NCBI RefSeq assembly: GCF_008065095.1
Contig: NZ_CP042911.1
Span: 2,250,001-2,282,000 of the forward strand
DNA: 32,000 nucleotides
From: Gemmata obscuriglobus
GTDB lineage: Bacteria; Planctomycetota; Planctomycetia; Gemmatales; Gemmataceae
Direction of reading: 5' to 3'
Below are positions 9,035-17,369 of this stretch, piece by piece. The notes under the pieces are model-generated. The model saw nothing but the letters and a program-made list of their open reading frames with translations, was not told the origin of the DNA and made no database searches. Within the stretch, counting starts at the first letter, position 1, and each line of letters opens with the position of its first letter. Position numbers and translations under genes: made by a program.

Positions 9035-9445
9035 TTATTTCGCTTTGGGAGCGGCTTTGAACTCGGCGGCGGTCATTTGCTTGACAGTGCCGTCCTGAAG
9101 CAAGACGACCCCACCCTTTTCCGCGGCCGCTTTCTCGTGAGCGACAACACCCGTGCTCCCGGGCTGGAGTTTCGCGCCCCAAATGAGGACGTAGGTTTCG
9201 GTAACCAACCCTCGAACACCGGCAGGGTAAGACGGCTCTAGGTACATAATCTCGTCCATCTTGGCCGGCGGGCGGCCCTTATCCTGCTGGTATTGCTCCA
9301 ACAACACCTTCAGGTTTTCAAGCCCTTGATCGGGTGACGGGCCGATCATCCCGGTCGGTTTCGATTCGCCCCCGCCGCAACCGGTTACGGCGAGAATCGA
9401 GGACACAAGAAGGACCGTCATCCACCGAGGTGTATACCGCAGCAT
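9035..9445 (-). CDS. small lipoprotein, unknown function
   Basis: MLRYTPRWMTVLLVSSILAVTGCGG carries a lipobox (VTG|C). It lies about 70 nt downstream of, and co-directional with, the DUF1559 gene. Alternative starts are GTG 9469 and ATG 9421. Confidence 0.6.
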   Translation of the reverse strand: MLRYTPRWMTVLLVSSILAVTGCGGGESKPTGMIGPSPDQGLENLKVLLEQYQQDKGRPPAKMDEIMYLEPSYPAGVRGLVTETYVLIWGAKLQPGSTGVVAHEKAAAEKGGVVLLQDGTVKQMTAAEFKAAPKAK

Positions 9446-9517
9446 TCGTTGCTCCAACGCGAACGGCACGCCCCGACAGTTCCGAGCCGTCTGAGAGCGC
9501 GCCGTTACATTTCGAGG

Positions 9518-10555
9518 TCAGAAGTTGGCGAGCACTTCCCCGCCGCTGGACGAGCCCATTCCTTGCCACGTGGCGAAGTCGATTGAATCCTGAACGAATC
9601 GGACGCTGCCATCAGCCATGCACACGTTCACACCGCCCGAGTGGTAGCTCGAAGCCGGTAGGTGCATCACCTCCAAATTGCTGAGGCCACAACCGTACTT
9701 CTGTCCCGTGGAAACTTTCTTGTTCCAGTTCGGTGGCAGCGTGTGTGAGTAGACAGAGGTGGTGAAGAGGTCGCGGTAGTACTGGTGACCGACGTTCCGG
9801 CCCCAACTGAAAATGTGCGTGGACGGGGTGATCGTGATGCTCGCCGCGCAGAGCGGGACGGCCCGTCCGTCGTACACGTTCCACCCGGTGCCCCCGGTGC
9901 CGCTGTTGAGGACGCTGGTGTCGTCGTACTGGTTCGATTCGTCGAAGGCCTTTGTGCCCCGCTTTACCTCCGCAAACATCACCGTGTTGCTCGTACCGTC
10001 GGAGACCGCCGTGATGGTTTTACCCTTCGGCCACGTTGGCGGGGCGGGCACTGAGGTCAAGGAGAAAATGCCGGACTTGCTGTCCGATTCCAACCGCCGG
10101 TCGGCGACCGCCCCGATGCTGCCGAAATAGTTGGAGCGACCGGCCGAGTAGTAGGTCTTGCTCGACGCGTCACTCGGGCACAGGTAACTCGGAACGTCCT
10201 GGTTTTGGGCCGGAACGTTGGCCGCAGCGGAGTGCACGTCTGCGTCGAAGTTGAACAGGTTATATTTGTTCGCTTGCTCCAGGTATGACAGGATCGAGGC
10301 CTGAACCGATGGAAGGGAGTAGCCCGAGGTTGGGGTCAGCGGGCGCCGGCCCCTCCCGGGTGGCAGGGTCGACATTGCACTTTCGTAGTTGTGGGCGGCC
10401 AGACCCATTTGCTTGAGGTTGTTCTGGCACTTCATCCGGGCGGCCGCTTCACGCACCTTCTGGACGGCGGGCAGCAGCAAGCCAATTAAGATGGCGATGA
10501 TCGCGATGACAACGAGTAACTCAATGAGCGTAAAGCCCCGGCGCGGACGCGACAT
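9518..10555 (-). CDS. prepilin-type N-terminal cleavage/methylation domain protein, DUF1559 / H-X9-DG family
   Basis: [49 protein letters not shown] is a type IV pilin-like leader plus the DUF1559 N-terminus. The C-terminal [19 protein letters not shown] is the H-X9-DG motif. GAGGA lies 5 nt upstream of the ATG. Confidence 0.9.
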   Translation of the reverse strand: MSRPRRGFTLIELLVVIAIIAILIGLLLPAVQKVREAAARMKCQNNLKQMGLAAHNYESAMSTLPPGRGRRPLTPTSGYSLPSVQASILSYLEQANKYNLFNFDADVHSAAANVPAQNQDVPSYLCPSDASSKTYYSAGRSNYFGSIGAVADRRLESDSKSGIFSLTSVPAPPTWPKGKTITAVSDGTSNTVMFAEVKRGTKAFDESNQYDDTSVLNSGTGGTGWNVYDGRAVPLCAASITITPSTHIFSWGRNVGHQYYRDLFTTSVYSHTLPPNWNKKVSTGQKYGCGLSNLEVMHLPASSYHSGGVNVCMADGSVRFVQDSIDFATWQGMGSSSGGEVLANF

Positions 10556-10610
10556 GACGATCCTCGGGAGTAATAACGCGAGTAACGAACGAAGAGAGTG
10601 TTAGATGTAT

Positions 10611-10626
10611 TGCACGTCGCATACCA
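10611..10626 (-). promoter_or_regulatory. candidate sigma-54 (-24/-12) promoter for the DUF1559 gene
   Basis: The minus strand reads TGGTATGCGACGTGCA, against the consensus TGGCACG-N4-TTGCW. GG and GC have exactly the canonical spacing and 9 of 12 defined positions match. It lies about 55-70 nt upstream of ATG 10555 and directly downstream of a sigma-54 activator gene. Confidence 0.45.
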
Positions 10627-10741
10627 ATGCCCACGTGCAGCGCGCGAAGAGTGGAGCAACGCCTCTGGACTGTGTCGTGATGAGACTTTCGCCCACTTAT
10701 TGCGGGGAGGGCGTGAAGCGAGCGGGAGAGCCGTCGGGAGC

Positions 10742-10788
10742 GGTGTCGAAATTTCGTCGCGTCGTCACTCGGGTGTCGAAATTTCGAC
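10742..10788. promoter_or_regulatory. two copies of GGTGTCGAAATTTCG, 30 bp apart (candidate enhancer / UAS)
   Basis: Exact 15-nt direct repeat at 10742-10756 and 10772-10786. The second copy is part of a perfect 14-bp palindrome GTCGAAATTTCGAC (10775-10788) and encodes the last residues (NVEISTPE) of the activator. The repeat centres lie about 125 and 155 bp upstream of the putative -24 element. Confidence 0.4.
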
Positions 10789-12453
10789 ATTGCCGCCGTC
10801 TCGCGTGAGCCCGAGCTTCTTCATCCGCGACAAAAGCGTAGTGCGCTTCAGCCCGAGCTGCGCGGCGGCGCCGTTCGGGCCGCCGATGACCCACCCGCAC
10901 CGGTCGAGCGCCCGGCGGATCAGATCGCGCTCGCTTTCACGGAGCGCATTGAATTGCGGCGGGGGCTCTGCGGGGGAGGTTGGCGGGATCGTGAGTGCGA
11001 CCGCGGGCCGTGGGTGGGAGGGCGGCTCGGCTGTTGTGGGCGTGAGTTCACCGAGCGGCACACGCAGTTCCGAACCGGTCGTAAGGATCACCGCACGTTC
11101 GATGAGGTGTTGCAGCTCGCGCACGTTCCCCGGCCACGCGTACCGCTCCAGCGCGGCCATCGCCTCTGCCGGGATCGTTTCGATCCGCTTACCGAACCGC
11201 TGAGCGAACAGCGCCACGAAGTGCCGCACCAGCGACGGGATGTCCTCGCGCCGGTCCCGCAGCGCCGGTAAGTGAACCGGGAACACGTGCAACCGGTAGT
11301 AAAGGTCCGACCGGAACTTCCCCTCCGCCACCAGTTTCGCGAGGTTCCGGTGCGTCGCCGCAACCAGCCGCACGTTCACCTTAACGGTTTTGGCGCTGCC
11401 GAGCCGCTCGAACTCCTGCTCTTGGAGCACCCGCAGTAGTTTCGGTTGGAGTTCCTGCGGGATGTCGCCGACCTCGTCAAGGAACAGGGTGCCGCCGTCG
11501 GCCAGTTCGAACCGCCCGAGCCGCCGCTCCACCGCGCCGGTGAACGCTCCCTTCTCGTGCCCGAACAGTTCGCTTTCGAGCAGCCCCGTGGGAATGGCGG
11601 CGCAGTTCAGCTTCACGAACGTCCGCTCGCTCCGGGCGCTCAACCGGTGGACGGCCCGTGCGACGAGTTCCTTGCCGGTGCCGGTTTCGCCGGTGACGAG
11701 CACGGCGGAGTCGGTCGGCGCGACCACTTCGACCTGCTTCAGCACCTCCTGAAGAGTCCGGCTGTCGCCGACCACCTCGTGCATCCGCCGGTCGGCGCGG
11801 ATCTCCTCTTCGAGGTACAGCTTCTCCGCCGCGAGCCGGGCGTTGGCCCGCTCCAGTTCCTGGCGTGTGAGCGCGCCTTCGACCGCGAGCGCGACCAACC
11901 GCCCCACCTGAAGGGTGAAGTTGATGTCATCGGGGGCGGGGCTCACCGGAAGGTAACTGGTGAACGCCATCGCCCCGAGCTTGCGCCGCGGGGTGGTGAG
12001 GGGCACGAAGCACGCGCACCGCACGCCCTGCTTGGCGAACGCGGTCCGCAGTACCGGGAACCGGCCGTCGGCTGTTACGTCGAGCCAGAGCGGCTCCTGG
12101 GTGTCCCACACGTGCGCGGTGGGAGACTCGCCGGCGGGCAGCTCGGTCGGGGTGTCGGCGGACTTCGGGGCCGGGCCGCCGCCGACGGGTTCGAGGAACT
12201 GGAGTTTGCCGGCGTGCGAGTGCGGCTCGAGTAGTGCGAAGCTGAGATACCCCCTGGGGAGGTGGGGGCCGAGCGCCTGTGACAGGTCGCGGAGCAGCGC
12301 GGCGAGGTCCGTGTGGGCCGCAACCGCCTGAGCGACGGCCAATAGCACCGCCGGCCGCTCGGCGACCGGCGCACGAACGAGCCGAGCGCCGGGTGAGTCG
12401 GGGCCAGAGCCGCTCCCGGCCGCGGGGGGCGGTGAGGGCGGTTGTGGGGTCAT
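10765..12453 (-). CDS. sigma-54-dependent Fis-family transcriptional activator (GAF - AAA+ - HTH)
   Basis: Walker A is [12 protein letters not shown]. The sigma-54 contact motif is [10 protein letters not shown]. Also present are [30 protein letters not shown], and the C-terminal Fis-type [24 protein letters not shown]. The N-terminal ~200 aa is GAF-like. Confidence 0.9.
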   Translation of the reverse strand: MTPQPPSPPPAAGSGSGPDSPGARLVRAPVAERPAVLLAVAQAVAAHTDLAALLRDLSQALGPHLPRGYLSFALLEPHSHAGKLQFLEPVGGGPAPKSADTPTELPAGESPTAHVWDTQEPLWLDVTADGRFPVLRTAFAKQGVRCACFVPLTTPRRKLGAMAFTSYLPVSPAPDDINFTLQVGRLVALAVEGALTRQELERANARLAAEKLYLEEEIRADRRMHEVVGDSRTLQEVLKQVEVVAPTDSAVLVTGETGTGKELVARAVHRLSARSERTFVKLNCAAIPTGLLESELFGHEKGAFTGAVERRLGRFELADGGTLFLDEVGDIPQELQPKLLRVLQEQEFERLGSAKTVKVNVRLVAATHRNLAKLVAEGKFRSDLYYRLHVFPVHLPALRDRREDIPSLVRHFVALFAQRFGKRIETIPAEAMAALERYAWPGNVRELQHLIERAVILTTGSELRVPLGELTPTTAEPPSHPRPAVALTIPPTSPAEPPPQFNALRESERDLIRRALDRCGWVIGGPNGAAAQLGLKRTTLLSRMKKLGLTRDGGNVEISTPE

Positions 12454-12577
12454 GTGCCGAACCGATGGTGCGAGTAGGACGACAGAATTTTAACGCGGAG
12501 AAGTGGGCAGTGCTGAGAAATCGGCATCCGGAGTGACAGGGCGAACCGGCACCGCCGGCTTTTTCGCACCTTCGGTG

Positions 12578-12606
12578 TTGCAGGCAGATCGGCGCGCAAC
12601 TAATAT
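12578..12606 (+). promoter_or_regulatory. candidate sigma-70 promoter TTGCAG-N17-TAATAT upstream of bfd
   Basis: TTGCAG lies at 12578-12583, followed by a 17-nt spacer and TAATAT at 12601-12606. The -10 element ends 3 nt before the first ATG (12610). The bfd start may therefore be a downstream ATG (12631 or 12646), or the mRNA is leaderless. Confidence 0.3.
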
Positions 12607-12609
12607 GCC

Positions 12610-12915
12610 ATGAGATTGCATCTCAGTAGCATGGGGCGCGGGCCGATGGAGCTGAACCAGGCCGAGGATTGCACCGGTTCGTGTCGCACGTGCCCGGCCG
12701 TGGGGAGTTGTCCGGACCGGGTGGTGTGCCGGTGTCTCCAGGTGACCGAGCAGACTCTTATCAGCGCGATCGTTGAACTCGGGCTGCGCACCGTGAAAGA
12801 GGTGCGCCGGGCGACCGAGGCCGGGACCGGGTGCAACTGCTGCCACCGCGAGGTGAACGCGTACCTCGCCGTTTACGCCTCGTCGTCGTCGCCGAACATG
12901 TGCTCGGCCAAGTAG
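12610..12915 (+). CDS. bfd: bacterioferritin-associated ferredoxin (BFD-like [2Fe-2S] domain) with extra N-terminal Cys cluster
   Basis: VVCRCLQVTEQTLISAI...GTGCNCCHREV fits the BFD C-x-C...C-x2-C pattern. It is preceded by CTGSCRTCPAVGSC. The start is uncertain (12610, 12631 or 12646). The 3' end overlaps the bfr 3' end. Confidence 0.7.
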   Translation: MRLHLSSMGRGPMELNQAEDCTGSCRTCPAVGSCPDRVVCRCLQVTEQTLISAIVELGLRTVKEVRRATEAGTGCNCCHREVNAYLAVYASSSSPNMCSAK

Positions 12916-13358
12916 CGCTCCAGCCCGATCTTCTCGATCAGCCCGAGTTGCGTTTCGAGCCAGTCCACGTGCTCCTCGGAGTCGTGCAGGATCTCGAGCG
13001 CGAGCTTGTGCGTCCCGTTGTCCTTCACCTTGATGCACAGGTCCACGAGTTCGTTGTAAGCGACCACGCCGCCGGTCTCGAGCTTCAGGTCGTACTCGAA
13101 CTGCTCCTTCACGTCGGTGCCCACGCGGATCACGTCGTACCGGGCGATCTCGGGCGTCCCGTCGAGGAACAGGACGCGCTCGATGATCTTGTCCGCGTGC
13201 TTCATCTCGCCGATGGACTCCTCGTAGTGCTTGTGGGCGAGCTTCATGAACCCCCAGTTCTTGCACATCCTGGACTGAATGAAGTACTGGTTGATCGCGG
13301 TCAGCTCGATGGTGAGCGCCCGGTTGAGTGCGTCGATGACCGTTTGGTTGCCCTTCAT
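12873..13358 (-). CDS. bfr: bacterioferritin (heme-binding ferritin)
   Basis: MKGNQTVIDALNRALTIELTAINQYFIQSRMCKNWGF...EESIGEMKHADKIIERVLFLDG matches Bfr, including the heme-ligand Met in EMKHAD. AAGGAG lies 5 nt upstream of ATG 13358. The track start at 13361 is a GTG one codon upstream. Confidence 0.92.
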   Translation of the reverse strand: MKGNQTVIDALNRALTIELTAINQYFIQSRMCKNWGFMKLAHKHYEESIGEMKHADKIIERVLFLDGTPEIARYDVIRVGTDVKEQFEYDLKLETGGVVAYNELVDLCIKVKDNGTHKLALEILHDSEEHVDWLETQLGLIEKIGLERYLAEHMFGDDDEA

Positions 13359-13669
13359 CACGGCTCCTTGTGGCGAGTGCGGAAAAGCTGGCGTCGGAAT
13401 CGTCTTAGCGATTTTCGGCCGGCCGCGGCGCGAATCACGCGCGGGGAATCCGTACCGTTTTTCTGCGATATCGACTTGACGAGTACGCTTGCCCGCTTAG
13501 GCTGATAGTGGCCTTGTTGAGACTGGTTCTCATAACTAGTCCGTTCCGCTAGCTTCCGTCGGCACGGCTCTCTGCCGTCCATCCGTACGCGACGCGGTCG
13601 GTGAGTTCTCCGGCACCCCCGGAGAGGTTTCCCTACCTACGTCCCGCTCCCGTACCGAGGGAGCGCCGG

Positions 13670-14659
13670 ATGCCGCTGACGGAGCTTTCCATGTCCCGAG
13701 CCGCAGGGCGCGCGCCCGCTCGCGCCGGTTTTACGCTGATCGAACTGTTGGTGGTGATCGCGATCATCGCGATTCTCATCGGGCTTCTGCTGCCGGCCGT
13801 GCAGAAGGTGCGCGCCGCGGCCGCGCGGATGAAGTGCCAGAACAACCTCAAACAGATCGGACTGGCAACTCACAACTACCACGACTCCAACAGCAAGTTC
13901 CCCTACGCGGTGAGCTACTACCAGACGGGTGAAGAGGTCGCCAGTTACGTGTCCGGGTGGATCTTGATCTTGCCGTACCTGGAGCAAGACAACGTCGCGA
14001 AAAGATGGAACCCGAAGCTGCCCCGTCACAGTACCGACGACAGTGACGGTGACGGATACACCAACGCGATGTTGCAGCGGATGCAGATCCCGACGTACAC
14101 CTGCCCGTCGATGACCCCGCCCAGCGCCACCGAAGGCGGGGCGCTGGGGCCGGCCGGCTCGGGAGAGAACCGTGCGCCTTCGAGTTACGTGTTCTCCTCC
14201 GGTACGGCGACCTGTTACGACGCCACCTACGGCGCTTATGTGGGTAAGGCGTGCGACGGCGTGGTTCTGCCGATCCGCAACGCCAAGTATTCGGCCGACC
14301 CATCGCAGCGCGACCCGGGCGGGAACTCGCCGACCACGATCGTCGGGATCACCGACGGCGCTTCGAACACGCTGCTTGCGGGCGAGTGCGACTTCAAGCC
14401 CGCCGGTGTCCCTTCAACGAACGGGCCGGTGTGGGCCTACGGGTACTTCTACAACTGGACCGGCACGAACGGCGGTCTGAACCTGCGGGACGGGTCTTAC
14501 GCCGGCGCCAGCACGGGCACGTTCCGGAGCGAGCACGGCGGCGGGGCCAACTTCGTGATGGCCGACGGGTCCGTGCAGTTCCTCCGCGACGGTATCGACG
14601 CGAACACCTTTAAAGCGCTCGGCTCTCGCAACGGCGGTGAAGTCGCGACGCTCCCTTAA
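13670..14659 (+). CDS. prepilin-type N-terminal cleavage/methylation domain protein, DUF1559 / H-X9-DG family (paralog of 9518..10555)
   Basis: [51 protein letters not shown] is the conserved N-terminus. The C-terminal [19 protein letters not shown] is the H-X9-DG motif. The start is taken at ATG 13670 (GAGGGA upstream). ATG 13691 is also possible, and the track start 13601 is a GTG. Confidence 0.88.
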   Translation: MPLTELSMSRAAGRAPARAGFTLIELLVVIAIIAILIGLLLPAVQKVRAAAARMKCQNNLKQIGLATHNYHDSNSKFPYAVSYYQTGEEVASYVSGWILILPYLEQDNVAKRWNPKLPRHSTDDSDGDGYTNAMLQRMQIPTYTCPSMTPPSATEGGALGPAGSGENRAPSSYVFSSGTATCYDATYGAYVGKACDGVVLPIRNAKYSADPSQRDPGGNSPTTIVGITDGASNTLLAGECDFKPAGVPSTNGPVWAYGYFYNWTGTNGGLNLRDGSYAGASTGTFRSEHGGGANFVMADGSVQFLRDGIDANTFKALGSRNGGEVATLP

Positions 14660-14701
14660 TATCCTCCCAAAAGACACAAGCCTCACAAAGGGAATTGCAA
14701 G

Positions 14702-15706
14702 ATGGTGCGAGCTTCAATCCTGTGCCTCGCGGTACTGACCGGCGCTGCGCATGTAGCCGGAGCCGATGTGGCGAAGGCGCCGCAACTGCCGCCGCTGCCG
14801 AAGGCGGTGTCGAGTTTCGGCGCGATCGCGTGCGACGGCTACGTGTACGTGTACGGCGGGCACGCCGGTAAGACCCACAGCTACGACACCACGTCCGTGC
14901 TGGGCACGTTCTCGCGTCTCAAACTGGACGGCGGGACGAAGTGGGAAGAGCTGCCCGGCGGACCCATTCTTCAGGGCGTGAACCTGGCGGCCCATAAGGG
15001 GAAGGTGTACCGCGTGGGCGGGATGCAGCCGAAGAACGCCCCCGGCGAGCCGTCCGACAACACCTCCCTCGCGGAGTGCGCCCGGTTCGACCCGAAAACC
15101 GGCAAGTGGGAAGAACTCGCGGCGCTGCCGGCCGGCCGCTCGTCGCACGACGTCGTGGTGGTGGGTGACAAGCTGGTTGTGGTCGGCGGGTGGCAGATGC
15201 GGGGGAAGGGCGAGAAGCCGGTGTGGCACGACACGGCCCTGGTCCTCGACCTCGCAAGCGCGAAGCCGGAATGGAAGTCGGTCCCGCAGCCGTTCAAGCG
15301 CCGCGCCCTGACCGCGGCGGCGGTCTGCAACAAGGTGTACGTGCTCGCCGGGCTGGGCGCCGAAGGGACCGACCGGAAGGTGGACGTGTTCGATGTCGAA
15401 ACCGGCAAGTGGAGCACCGGGCCGGAGTTCCCCGGCACCGACCGGACGGCGTTCTCGCCGGCCGCTTGCACCGCTGGCGGAAAGCTGATCATGAGCACGT
15501 CGTCCGGGGCGCTGTACCGGCTCACCGACGCCGGGGACAAGTGGGAGCGGATCGGCACCGCGGCAAAGGGCCGCATGGTCGCCCGGCTGGTGCCGCTCGG
15601 CGCGGATCACGTGGTGCTGCTCGGCGGCGCCAGCAACAGCGGCAACGTCGACGCGCTGGAAGTGCTTCCGATCGCGGTGAAGGGCGAACCGGTCAGTGGG
15701 AACTGA
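14702..15706 (+). CDS. secreted Kelch-repeat beta-propeller protein
   Basis: Signal peptide MVRASILCLAVLTGAAHVAGA. Repeated Kelch-like blades: YVYVYGGH, KVYRVGGM, KLVVVGGW, KVYVLAGL, KLIMSTS and HVVLLGGA. It starts 42 nt downstream of the DUF1559 gene. Confidence 0.75.
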   Translation: MVRASILCLAVLTGAAHVAGADVAKAPQLPPLPKAVSSFGAIACDGYVYVYGGHAGKTHSYDTTSVLGTFSRLKLDGGTKWEELPGGPILQGVNLAAHKGKVYRVGGMQPKNAPGEPSDNTSLAECARFDPKTGKWEELAALPAGRSSHDVVVVGDKLVVVGGWQMRGKGEKPVWHDTALVLDLASAKPEWKSVPQPFKRRALTAAAVCNKVYVLAGLGAEGTDRKVDVFDVETGKWSTGPEFPGTDRTAFSPAACTAGGKLIMSTSSGALYRLTDAGDKWERIGTAAKGRMVARLVPLGADHVVLLGGASNSGNVDALEVLPIAVKGEPVSGN

Positions 15707-15756
15707 CCAACGCCAAGAGCCCGTTCCGCAACAGCCGACGGGCGGAACTGAACTGC

Positions 15757-15807
15757 GCGCTCACGGCCCGGGCGATCGCATTTTGCGATCGCCCGGGCCG
15801 TGAGCGC
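15757..15807 (+). terminator. perfect 24-bp stem / 3-nt loop hairpin downstream of the Kelch gene
   Basis: gcgctcacggcccgggcgatcgca - ttt - tgcgatcgcccgggccgtgagcgc. It lies 50 nt after the stop at 15706. The U-tract is weak. Confidence 0.55.
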
Positions 15808-15995
15808 TCTACGGTTCCGAGTGAGCGTTACCCCGTTCGTGGTTCGGCAGAACACGTTTCACGGTGCAACGGGCCGAAACAAAGTGATGAATGTTTTGTA
15901 CATGAGGGGTTCGCGGGCCGCGCGGTGCGAGCAAGCACGACGCGGTCTGACGCGGCGAGCTTGGCCTTGTGGTTTGCCGCGCGGGATGCGATAAG

Positions 15996-17360
15996 ATGTT
16001 CACGTCAGGGTTCTCGCTCCGCACGGCGACGGCGGCTGGTCTCATGCACTTTCACGGTTCGGAAGAATCCGGCTCCATTCCCACTCGCGTTAGCGCGGAT
16101 GTCGCGGTCGTCGGTGGCGGCCCTGTCGGGTGCGCTTCGGCGCTCGCGTTCGCCCGCGCCGGGGCTCGGGTGTGCCTGATCGACCCGAGCGCGCAGTCCC
16201 ATCGGCTCGGGGGCGAGTGGCTGCACCCCACCGGTGCCACGATCCTCGCCGACCTCGGGGTCGACTTCGCGCGCGATCACATTCCGCACGCCGCCGGGCA
16301 CGGGTTCGCCATCTTCCCCAAAGGCTCCGATCCGATCGTCCTCCCCTACGTGGGCGGCGAACGCGGGATCGGGTGCCAGCACCACCTCATCATCAACGCG
16401 GTTCAGAAAGTCGTCGAACGCACACCCGGCATAACCGCGCTTTCGGGATACCGTGCCACGACGGTGAGCCGCGGCACGCTCACCGTGACGAGCGCGGACC
16501 GCAAACGAACTGTCGAAATCGCGGCGGGGTTGATTGTCGGGGCCGACGGGCGGCAATCGGTTGTGCGGCAGTCACTTGGGTACGAAAGCGGCTCGCGCCC
16601 GGTGTCGTACATGCTCGGCGTGCTGATCGACGCCCGGTCGCTGCCATTTGATGGGTACGGGAACGTGTTCCTGGGCGGGCCGGGGCCGGTGCTGGCGTTC
16701 CGCGTGGACGAGCGGCAGGCCCGGATGTGTTTCGACGTGCCCGCAGACCGGGTGGCGTGGGTGCGGAACCCGACCGAACTGCTCGCGGCGTACCAGAACT
16801 GCGTTCCGGCCCCCCTCCGCGAAGCCTGCGCGCGGGCGCTCGCCGAGGCTGCGCCTTCGGTTGCGGCGAACCAGTGGATGCGGCGCCGGCAGTACGGCCG
16901 GAAGGGCGTCGCCCTCGTCGGCGACGCCGTGGGGCACTGCCACCCGCTCTGTGCCGTTGGAATGTCGGTGGGGTTCCTCGACGCGGTGGCCCTGGCGCGG
17001 GCCGGCTCGGTGGAAGAGTACGCGAGCGCCCGGCGCGCCGGCGGGCGCGTGCCGGAACTGCTCTCGATGGGTCTTTACGATCTGTTCGTCGGCGCCGACG
17101 CGGGAAGTACCGAGTTGCGGGAAGCCGTGTACCACACCTGGCGCACGTCGGCCGCAGCGCGGCGCGACACGATGCGCCTGCTGGCGGTGCGCGAGACCCG
17201 TCGTGCGGCGCTGGGCGTCACGTTCGCGCGCCTGCTGGTCGCGGCCTCGCGCCAAGTAGTGACCGGCGCCGCCCGCCGCCCGCTGGCGTACACGGCGGGG
17301 GCCGTTGCCGGATTTGCGAGCTGGGCCGGATGGTTCGCCCGCGAGGCTCTTACAAACTGA
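15996..17360 (+). CDS. FAD-dependent squalene monooxygenase (squalene epoxidase)-like
   Basis: Rossmann motif DVAVVGGGPVGCASALAFARAGARVCLIDP. It also has GADGRQS, and VALVGDAVGHCHPLCAVGMSVG, which resembles the squalene epoxidase GDxxNxRHPLTGGGM box. It lies 9 nt upstream of an oxidosqualene-type cyclase. The start is uncertain (GTG 15969, ATG 15996 or ATG 16044). Confidence 0.7.
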   Translation: MFTSGFSLRTATAAGLMHFHGSEESGSIPTRVSADVAVVGGGPVGCASALAFARAGARVCLIDPSAQSHRLGGEWLHPTGATILADLGVDFARDHIPHAAGHGFAIFPKGSDPIVLPYVGGERGIGCQHHLIINAVQKVVERTPGITALSGYRATTVSRGTLTVTSADRKRTVEIAAGLIVGADGRQSVVRQSLGYESGSRPVSYMLGVLIDARSLPFDGYGNVFLGGPGPVLAFRVDERQARMCFDVPADRVAWVRNPTELLAAYQNCVPAPLREACARALAEAAPSVAANQWMRRRQYGRKGVALVGDAVGHCHPLCAVGMSVGFLDAVALARAGSVEEYASARRAGGRVPELLSMGLYDLFVGADAGSTELREAVYHTWRTSAAARRDTMRLLAVRETRRAALGVTFARLLVAASRQVVTGAARRPLAYTAGAVAGFASWAGWFAREALTN

Positions 17361-17369
17361 TGCCGTCTG

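Noticed and set aside
13476-13503. TTGACG-N16-TAGGCT as a sigma-70 promoter for the second DUF1559 gene
   Set aside because: The -10 hexamer is weak (only T, A and the final T match), and planctomycete promoter rules are poorly known. This is too speculative to list as a feature.
12490-13505. 258-aa minus-strand (12490..13266) and 224-aa plus-strand (12831..13505) ORFs across the bfd/bfr locus
   Set aside because: They lie in alternative frames of the clearly recognisable bfr and bfd genes, and their composition is not protein-like.
13560-13576. A possible sigma-54 promoter cGGCACGgctctcTGCc upstream of the second DUF1559 gene
   Set aside because: The GG-to-GC spacing is 11 nt instead of the invariant 10, and the -12 element lacks the TTGC context. 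It is probably fortuitous.
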